Assembly: GCF_039654945.1 (NCBI RefSeq)
Contig: NW_027361784.1
Coordinates: 21,204,001 to 21,268,000, forward strand
DNA length: 64,000 nucleotides
Source: Dendrobates tinctorius
Lineage: Eukaryota
Direction of reading: 5' to 3'
This document shows positions 10,742-19,811 of this stretch, piece after piece (position 1 is the stretch's first letter; every line of letters starts with the position of its first letter). The position numbers were made by a program, and so were the translations under genes. The notes under the pieces were generated by a model. The model was not told the origin of the DNA. It did no database searches and saw only the letters and a program-made list of their open reading frames with translations.

Positions 10742-12454
10742 TATATCCGATTGTAGACTGTCTTCTTTCAAATAAGAGCAGAATACTTCCTATTCCCTGA
10801 CAACTTTTTCCTGACACTTCCATATGGAATCTGCAGAATCTAGATTTTAGTCTTATAGTGGTTGGTTGGCACACAACCTTGTAAGGTGAGCGCATTTACT
10901 TTTTCTGTCCTCTTGTGTACTAGGGTAAGACCCTATTAGGCTGTTGTACTTAATTTCACACTTAGTTTGGTACAAGGGAGCCCAGGATGGTAACTTCAGA
11001 AGGAGAACGGTGCAACATTTTAATGAAATCATAGTGCAAAAAATTATTTTCTTTATCTATTCACTGGGGGACACAGATAACCATGGGGTGTATGCTGCTG
11101 TTGCTAGGAGGCGCTGACACTAGGCAAAAAGGAAAAAATAGCTCCTCCTCAGCAGTATACACCCACCGACAGGCACTAAGCTACTCAGTTTAACCTTCGT
11201 GTCTGTAGGAGGCGGACCTAGATCTAATCCTAGATCAGCAGTTTTTCCTTTTCAGGTATCCTGTTGTGTTTTATTAATATTTTTCATTTGTCTTTCAGGT
11301 TCTTCATCTTCAGGGTAACAGGGTGTAAAGTGTCACCCTGTTTTCCCACACTTATGCGACTGAGAGAGCAGTGTGGTGTCACCCACATCGCCCACTCTCA
11401 GACCCGCAGGCAGGACCTTATCCCCTGTCATCTCTATGGGTGTCTCAGGGTGATTTATGGTGGCCGGTCCTTTGCCTATTCCCCTCCTCACCCCTCTCCT
11501 CGGAGACGGCTGAGAGGAAGACGGTGGTCACCAGAGGTGGCCTCCCCCTTCTTGTAAGGGGTTAATGCCGTCTTCTGCACCGTCCGGAGATGGTGCGGGA
11601 AGGAGGATTCCTGTTTTCCAGCGACCCTTTACTATCCGAGGGCTCCTGACGCGATCCTCATCACTCAAGAGGACCCTGGACAGCCCTCCGTGACTGGTAT
11701 GTATGTCCATTCCTCCCCCCAGCACCACAGTCCGCAGCACGTAGGCTGTTCTATCGGGAGACACGCTGGCTCCGCAGCTCTAGCAGGACTCATTTTTGAA
11801 TTTTTCGGCCGCGCGCCATTTTCTTCCTTCCTTCTGGAAACGGAGCTCCCCGCTGTGGCACGCCTCCCTGATCGTCCTCCAATCGGAGAGGCACCTTCCT
11901 CCTGCTCGGCCGGCCTATCCCTCTGGCTTGACACGCCCCCGACGCGTCAAGCCTATCAATTCTCTGCTTTCTCTATTGCTGGACGGCCTTTTCCCGGCCA
12001 CCACCCCCCCCCCCCCCCCGCTCTGCGCGTGTCGTCCATCTGCCTATCGGATTCCCGGCTGGGACACGCCTCCCGGCGGCATGCCTATCACAAGGGCTCT
12101 TTCCTTTTCGGCCAGCAGATCATCTTGACTGGCCAAGCCCCCTGGCTTGCCAGCCAATCGCAATCAGCTTTTCGTTCTTTCTCCCTGTAGCTTGGCCACG
12201 CCCACCCATTCGAATCATGCTGGCTCAGCGTGGTCTGCCACCATCTTAGATATACTGTGCTTCTGCTGCGTAGCTTCTCTGGCTTGCTCCTCCTGCACAG
12301 GCGGCTCATACACTGCGGACATCTGAAAGGGGGACACTGATATCCATCGGTCTTCGGCTGCATTGTCGCTGGCATCAGGTAGGATTTGCCCCTCCCTTTC
12401 CCTGCCCCTTACGCGCTGTATTGCACTCTTCAGCAGTATCACCAGACCCAACAT

Positions 12455-13924
12455 ATGCCCAACTTTGCAGGGGCTTCTTGTCCTCCCTCTAAGCCCACCT
12501 TCATTTATTACGCCTGCGCCCGCTGTAAGAGCAAGTGGTCCTCAGGTCAGCAGTCTCCCCTCTGCCCGTCCTGCAGTCATTCCACCATATCTGCCCCACA
12601 GGAGCACTCTAATGCCGATTATGAGAGCACACTCCTCCCTCCGGAATGGGCTGTTGCCATGTCTGTCGGTCTGAGACCTGACAAAAATATCATAGTCCCT
12701 CGTCCAGGCTCTGGAACGCCTTCTGAATTTATCTGCTGCGACCAGTGCGCCGAACGCCTCCCAGGGTGATTCGCATTCCCCTGACCACGACCTTCACAGG
12801 GACAAATCGGAAAAAGAGTCTAGAAAGCGGACTCTCCCTAGCTCCTCATCCAGTTCCCCGGCCCCTCTACACCTTCCAGGATGCCCTCCTCTCCCCGTTC
12901 CCCCCTCGGAGGAGGAGGCGGCATTTGGGTTGGAAGTGGATTCCCAGTCCGGGTCCAACTCTGATTCAGACCAGGCTTCCAAGATACAAGACATGGTTGA
13001 TAGACTTATTTTGGCTATTAGTCAAACCCTTAACTACAAGAGGACGAGGTTCCCGCTCCAGAACACTCTGTTTCCTTTAAACGGGTAAAACGTCCTCCCC
13101 AGACCTTTCCCAATCATAAAGGGTTTGAGGCGACCATGGCCAAACACTGGGAGTACCCCTAGAAGCGCTTCCCTGGAAGGAGACAGATATCTTTTATCCC
13201 TTTAGCCCAGCAGAGTCTCCCAAGGTGGACCTCCCCAGTCTCTCGCCTGGCCTCAAAGACAGTTCTGTCTCTCCCAGATAGTGTGTCTCTCAAAGACGCC
13301 ACGGACAGGCAGATTGAGTCTTTGGCCAAAAAGGTCTTTGACGCGACCGGTGCTTCCCTCTGTCCCAGCTTCGCTTCCACCTGGGTGGCGAAGTCTATTT
13401 CTGCCCAGGCTAAAATCCTCCTCCAGGGCATTGTAGCTGCAGCTCCTCCGGAAGAACTCGCAGATTTGGCGTATCAGAAAGCTCACGCCGACAAGTATCT
13501 TCTGGCCGCTTCTTTGGATGCGGCCGGCTGTTCCGCCAGGGCAAGCAGCAACATCATTGCCATACGCCGCATCCTCTGGTTAAAGGCATGGAATGCAGAC
13601 TCTACCTCTAAAAAATCTCTCACCAGCCTGGTTTTTCAGGGGTCCAGGCTCTTCGGTCCAAATTAGACCAAATAATCGCCACCAGGAAGAAGAGTACTTC
13701 TCTTCCTCAGTCTAAGCCTAAACGTCTCTTCAAAAGGAAAGGGCCCCTGCCCTTCAACTCCTTTTCGACCTTTCTCCTCTTCAGGGGCTTCCTCCCAACA
13801 GGACCCCTCATCCACCCCAAGGGAGACGAGGAAACCATCCTTCAAACCATCACCTTACTGGAGGCCAAAGGGAAGTTCCTCCAGGCCCTCTGGGTCCCGC
13901 TCCCACAGGTTTTCCTCTAAATGA
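12455..13924 (+). pseudogene. DIRS B gag-like ORF1 (Cys-rich N-terminus, LAP2alpha-like C-terminus), frameshifted
   Basis: Fragments CARC...CPSC...PPEWAVAMS and SLKDATDRQIE...IRRILWLKAWNADSTSKKSL; TGA at 13922-13924. Confidence 0.85.
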
Positions 13925-16830
13925 CGGGTCACCCTCACCTTCAAATTTTTCCAGGATGGGAGGCCGCCGCCTTCTATTCAGGGACGCATGGTTGCCTGGG
14001 TCAGGGACGTAGTCACGTCTGGTTACAAGATCGACTTTTCTTCCACCCCAGGAAGACCCTTCTTTCTCTCTCGCCTGTCAAAACTTCCCTGTCAAGCTCC
14101 AGGGGTTCTTCAGGCGGTCTCTTCCCTTCTACACTCAGGCGTAATCTTGCCCGTTCCTCGAAACGAGCGGTTTTCGGGTTTTATTCCAATCTGTTCGTAG
14201 TTCCAAAAAAAGACGTGTCCATCTGTCCGATCTTGGACCTCAAACTGTTGACCCGCCACATTCGGACCCGCCACTTCAGAATGGAGTCCTTACGTTTGGT
14301 GATCGCCTACATGGAACTGGGGGAGTTTCTTTGCTCTGTAGACATTCAGGATGCTTATCTTAACATTCCTGTTTGTGTGCAGCATCAGAGATTCCTTAGG
14401 TTCGCAATCCAGGAGGACCATCAGTTTACGTCCCTTCCTTTTGGCCTGGCGTCTGTCCCCAGGGTCTTCACAAAGGTCATGGCAGCAGTCATGGCTATCC
14501 TTCACTCCAACGGGATTCTCATAATCCCTTACCTGGACGATTTCCTGATCAAAAGACCATCCCGCCGGGACTGCGACCAGAGTCTTCAGATCACCTTGGA
14601 CACTGTGGTCCGTCTTGGCTGGATAGTCTGCAAAGCGAAATCCTCCCTGTTTCCATCTCAGCGCCTGGTGTTTCTGGGCATGGAGTTCGATACGGCCCAG
14701 GCCCGTGTCTTCCTTCCGGAGGAAAAGTTTGCGTCTCTCTGCCAGGGAATTCGCTCTTTAAGGCAACCATTCCCTCTCCCCTTACGATCTTGCATGAGGG
14801 TACTGGGGAAGATGGTTGCCGCCATGGAAGCCGTGCCTTATGCCCAGTTCCACACCCGTCCTCTTCAGCTGGCTCTCTTGTCTGTTTGGGACAAGAAAAC
14901 TGTCTCCCTGGACCGACCGGTTCTTCTACCTCTCAAAGTGAGGCAATCTCTGATTTGGTGGATGCTATCCGCCTCTGTCCTGCGCGGGAGGTCCTTTCTC
15001 CCTCCCCGGTGGCAGGTCATCACCACCGACGCCAGTCTCCTCGGTTGGGGAGCGATCTTCCTTCATCACACAGCGCAGGGTCGCTGAAACGTTCAGGAAG
15101 CCCTCCTCCCCATCAATCTCTTGGAGATCAGAGCAATCTTTCTTGCCCTTCTCCGCTGGCAGTCCCTCCTCGCAGGCAAGCCGGTCCGCATTCAGTCGGA
15201 CAACACCATGGCCGTGGCTTGCATAAACCACCAAGGCGGGACTCACAGCAAACAGGTCATGTCAGAGGTGATAAAGGTTCCTCGATGGGCCAAACATTAT
15301 GTCCCTGCCATATCAGCCATTCACATTCCGGGGGTGGAAAATTGGGAATCCGATTTTCTGAGTCGTCAGGGCATCACATCAGGCGAGTGGTCTCTCAACT
15401 CTGCCGTCTTCAACCAAAATATGTCAGAGATGGGGAACTCCGGACGACGATCTCATGGCGTCCCGGGCAAACCACAAGGTTCCTCTGTTCGTAGCCAGGT
15501 CCTGGGACCCGAGGGCCATCGGCTGAGATGCTCTAGTGATCCCGTGGTCCCAGTTTCAGCTGCCTTATCTTTTTCTGCCTCTCCCCTTGATTCCGAGAGT
15601 CGTAAAAAAGATAAAGCCAGAAGGTGTTCCCGTTCTTCTGATTGCTCCAGACTGGCCGAGACGGGCCTGGTATGCGGAGCTGATGAACATGCTCGCAAAC
15701 GTTCCCTGGAAGCTTCCAGACCGACCAGATCTTCTCTCGCAAGGCCCCCTCTTCCACCCAAGTTCTCACTCTTTGAGTTTAACTGCATGGCTGTTGAGGC
15801 TGCATTCCTGAAGGAAGCGGGTTTCTCTACCAGGGTCATCCAGACCATGATTAAGGTGAGGAAACCAGCATCCTCACGTATCTACCACAGATGTTGGAAA
15901 GCCTTCTTCATGTGGTGTGAGGATAACAGCTTGTTTCCAATGTACTTTTCCCTTCCGTCCATCCTAGGCTTTCTTCAAGGGGGCCTTGACTCGCATCTCT
16001 CGCTCAGTACCCTTAAGGGTCAGGTATCCGCTCTGTCAGTCCTCTTCCAGAGAGATTTGGCTTCCCTTTCTCAGGTGAAGACTTTCATTCAGGGAGTCGC
16101 CCACCTGACGCCACCTTACCATCCTCCGGTAGATCCATGGGATCTCAACCTCATTCTCGACGTTCTTCAGCATGCCCCCTTTGAGCCCATCCAGGATATC
16201 TCGTTCTCTCTCCTGTCTTGGGTTGTGGCCTTCCTAATCACCATTACATCTGTCAGGAGGGTTTCTGAGCTAGCTGCACTGTCGTGTCGTTCTCCTTACC
16301 TGATTCTGCACCAGGACAAGGTAGTCCTCCGACCTGTTCCTACCTTTTTGCCCAAGGTGGTTTCTGCCTTTCACATCAATGAAGACATCGTCCTTCCTTC
16401 TCTATGTCCTTCTCCAGTTCATCCACTGGAAAAATCCCTTCACAAACTTGATTTGGTCAGAGCTATTCCAGTCTACCTTTCTAGGACTGCTTCTTTTCGT
16501 CAGTCCGATTCCCTTCTGGTCATCTCTGAAGGTCGTTGAAAGGGGCTCCCAGCTTCTAAGTCCACGATTGCCCGTTGGATTCGCTCGGCGATATTGGAGG
16601 CATACCGCATTCATGACAAACAGCCTCCTCCGGGAGTGAAGGCTTCCCTCCAGGCTGTGGGAGCTTCCTGGGCTGTTAGTCAATAGTCTTCGGCCTTGCA
16701 GATCTGCAAGGCTGCAATCTGGTCATCTTTACACACCTTTACAAGGATTTACAAGGTTAATACCCAAGCCTCGGCTGATGCAGGGGCCTGGGTAGGAAGG
16801 TACTGCAGGCCGGCGGTTTCTCACCGGCCA
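13923..16830 (+). pseudogene. DIRS B RT/RNase H/MT-like and tyrosine recombinase ORFs, disrupted
   Basis: YSNLFVVPKK, LPFGL, YLDD, TTDAS, QSDN, APDWP; YR SVRRVSEL and FLPKV; stops and frameshifts present. Confidence 0.9.
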
Positions 16831-17929
16831 AGATGCCTTTCTCTTTACTTATATTTTCCTTTTCCCACCCTTGGGACTGCTATTGGACGTCCCATGGTTA
16901 TCTTTGTCCCCCAATGAAGCAATAAAGAAAGAGGGATTTTTGGTACTTACCGTAAAATCTCTTTCTTGGAGCCTTCATTGGGGGACACAGCACCCTCCCT
17001 AATTTTTGTACCATTGTTGGCCTATGTGCCCTTGTTTTGGGTTGGTACATATGTTGGGTTTTTGGCCGCTTCTCCTACTGCTTTAACACCAACCGAGTAG
17101 CTTAGTGCCTGTCGGTGGGTGTATACTGCTGGAGAGGAGCTATTTTTTTTTTTTTGCCTAATGTCAGCGCCTCCTAGCGACAGCAGCATACACCCCATGG
17201 TTATCTGTGTCCCCCAATGAAGACTCCAAGAAATAGATTTTACGGTAAGTACCAAAAATCCGTCTTTCTCCTTCGTCTCATTGGGGGACACAGAGACTGT
17301 GGGTGTGTGCTTCTGCCGTCTGGAGGCCGACACTAAGTGTACAAAAAAAGAGTTAGCTCCTCCTCCGCCGCATACACCCTCGCCCCTAGGCCGGGCGTAA
17401 CTCAGTTTTTGCTTAGTGTCTGATGGAGGCACACGCAGTCTGGAGTTCCAGACTAGGTTTTTTTTTTTTTTTTTTTTTTTTTTCTATGAAGATAAGACAG
17501 GGGCGACGGATCCTATAGAGAGGATCCGATCTCCCCAAATCACCAACGGGCGACCACGTGTGAGTAACCCTCCACGTGTCCTCTCCCGCACCGAGGGACA
17601 CATCTGGGTCTTTTTTCCAGACATCTATTTTTTAACGAAAGAGGGGCAACGCGTCCTGATTAGAGGACTCGGTTTCCCCACAACTTCATCAGGCGAGCAC
17701 GCGTGAGCAGAACCAGTGGTCAGCCTCCACGTTGTTCCTCTCCTACAACAGCAGTGTATGGAGGTCCCGTCCACCCCTTGGTTGTGAGTCCAGGGGGCTG
17801 AATCGGAGGCGCAGGTGAGAGCGCGCCCAGGAGCGGGGGATCCGGTACAGGTGCGACAGAGCCCCCCCCCCCCCCCCCCTCCTCGCCTGCACGGCGGATG
17901 GTCCTGCTCACCTTTTAATATATGGGGGA

Positions 17930-18260
17930 GCCGCTCCTGGAGCGCACCGCAAGTTGGCGCTGGTGAGTAGCGGTAGCCACGGCGTTGCACCTGGGCTCCG
18001 CACGCCGCGTGTATCGGAGCGCGGCCGGAAGCCCGCCGGCGGCCGCGGCCCCGCTGCAGCAGGAGGCCGCGAGATCGCGCGAGGCCGCGCCCCGACTTCC
18101 GGTGGTAGGCTGACTTCCGGTGGTAGCCGGAAAGCCCGCCCGCTGACGCGGCGGTGGGATGCGGAGACGCGCGATATAGGGCAGGAGGTCAGACAAACGG
18201 CGGGCGCACAGATCCCGGGGAGACTTCCGCCCTAACACCTCGCATCCACGCAGGGGTACT
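17930..18260 (+). promoter_or_regulatory. CpG-rich internal promoter candidate of DIRS C
   Basis: Very GC/CpG-rich, with tandem ETS-type GACTTCCGG at 18094 and 18112; lies just upstream of gag. Comparable GC-rich tracts occupy the same position in copies B, D and E. Confidence 0.5.
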
Positions 18261-18368
18261 GCAGACAGGAGCCGGTGGGTGAGTGAACTCCGTTTGGAGA
18301 ACCGCGCTGCTTGTCAGGGAAGAGGTTACCCTCCTCCTCCTTCTACTCTGCCTTCAGCCTGTGCAAGT

Positions 18369-19811
18369 ATGTCTGCCAAAGGGAAGGCTCATTCTTTCCT
18401 TTACGCGGTTTGCGTGTCCTGTGGGGTCAGGCTGCCAAAGGCACAGGCGGGTAAATTTTGTGAGGCCTGTCAGTCGGAGCGCGCCCAGGAGCCCCCCACT
18501 GTTTCTGAACCCAGGGGTCAGGACCCTCCGGAATGGGCGGTGTCCTTATCGCAGTCTATGCTGTCCCTTACAAGGGCAATTGAATCCCTTCAGGGCCCGG
18601 GCAGGAACAGGGAGGGGGGTCTGCCGGCGGAGGAGAGCTCGTCCTCGTCTCAGGACCCTCCAACCATTAGAGGTCGCTCCAGTACCAGGCAGGCTCATAT
18701 CAAGAGAGTTCGTTCCCCGTCGGCCGGACCCTCCGGGGCTTCGGCGGCGGGTAGTAGGGCATCCCGTTCCCCGTCACTGAGCGCTGGGAGCGATCAGGAT
18801 GAAGGAGAGGAGGAAGAGGCCTGGAATCTAGAAAGTCTGGGGTTCCAGGATTCGGTGGACAGTCTTATTGAGGCAGTCAACCAGACATTAGAGATCGAGG
18901 ACGATGCGCCCACAGTCTCAGGTCACAAGGTCTCTTTTAAGAAATCCAAGCGACCACATAGAAGATTTGCCACGCATCCGGAGTTTGAGGAGCTAGTCCA
19001 GAAACATAGAGATCATCCGGATAAGCGTTTTGCAATGCAAAAAGCGCTGCAGGCAAAGTATCCGTTTCCTCCTGAGCTCCATAAGGCTTGGGTAGAGTCG
19101 CCAGTAGTGGATCCTCCGGTATCACGTTTAGCATCAAGATCGCTATTGTCAATACCCAGTGTTTCCTCTATAAAGGACCCAACTGATCGCCTCATGGACG
19201 GGCTGGCCCGCTCGGTATATGAGGCAGCGGGGTCGGCTCTGGCCCCCTCCTTTGCGGCGACTTGGGTGGCTAAGGCCATGGTTTCGTGGGGGGACGCTTT
19301 GTATAAGGCCCCCCAGGACAGGGATCTGCCCGCGGAGGTCTTAGAAGTGGCAAATCAGATGTCAGGAGCAAGTGATTATCTTGTCAGCGCCTCACTGGAC
19401 GCGGCCGAGTGTTCGGCGGTGGCGGCGGCGAATGCGATCGCCATTAGGCGTGCATTATGGCTGAGGCTGTGGAAAGCGGATTCTATCTCTAAAAAATCCT
19501 TAACCTCATTGCCGTTTCAGGGCAGTCGACTATTCGGTGAGAAGCTGGATAGGCTTATCTCAGAAGCCACAGGGGGGAAAAGTAGTTTCCTTCCGCAGCA
19601 GAGAAGTTGCCCGGCATTCAGGCAAACGCAAAGGCGTTTTCGACCCTTTCGTAGCCCCTGGGGGGGGACTTCGGCCAGGGCATACTCCTCCGCAAACGAT
19701 GGCCAGAGTAGGGAGAAACAAGTCTCTTACAGGGCCAATCCGCTGGGTAGAGGCCGAGGCCATTTACCCAGAGCGAGGGGGGCCAAGCCCCAAAAACCTC
19801 CAGCTAAATGA
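18369..19811 (+). CDS. DIRS C gag-like ORF1 (480 aa from first ATG)
   Basis: CVSC...CEAC zinc-binding motif, PPEWAVSLSQSM, LAP2alpha-like region VDPPVSRLA...IRRALWL...W.AD..SKKSL; ends AAA TGA. Confidence 0.92.
   Translation: MSAKGKAHSFLYAVCVSCGVRLPKAQAGKFCEACQSERAQEPPTVSEPRGQDPPEWAVSLSQSMLSLTRAIESLQGPGRNREGGLPAEESSSSSQDPPTIRGRSSTRQAHIKRVRSPSAGPSGASAAGSRASRSPSLSAGSDQDEGEEEEAWNLESLGFQDSVDSLIEAVNQTLEIEDDAPTVSGHKVSFKKSKRPHRRFATHPEFEELVQKHRDHPDKRFAMQKALQAKYPFPPELHKAWVESPVVDPPVSRLASRSLLSIPSVSSIKDPTDRLMDGLARSVYEAAGSALAPSFAATWVAKAMVSWGDALYKAPQDRDLPAEVLEVANQMSGASDYLVSASLDAAECSAVAAANAIAIRRALWLRLWKADSISKKSLTSLPFQGSRLFGEKLDRLISEATGGKSSFLPQQRSCPAFRQTQRRFRPFRSPWGGTSARAYSSANDGQSREKQVSYRANPLGRGRGHLPRARGAKPQKPPAK

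Larger units (their letters stand above)
9334..10960. mobile_element. Penelope-like inverted terminal fragment carrying two hammerhead motifs, split by a MITE
   Basis: 9334-9457 is the inverted copy of 9479-9536 + 10742-10810; a minimal hammerhead lies in each arm. Right boundary approximate. Confidence 0.65.
11048..17267 (+). mobile_element. DIRS1-type retrotransposon copy B, full length, ORFs disrupted
   Basis: Starts TTT-CTTTATC, left ITR to ~11190, ICR ~16892-16990, right ITR ~17093-17220 plus extension ending AAAAATCCGTC-TTT. Several ITR/ICR mismatches indicate an older copy. Confidence 0.95.

Noticed and set aside
17500-17750. H/ACA snoRNA-like hairpin-hinge-hairpin layout in the DIRS leader
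   Set aside because: ANANNA is present in only some units, ACA placement is inconsistent, and there is no pocket 14-15 nt from the boxes; kept only as an unknown structure.
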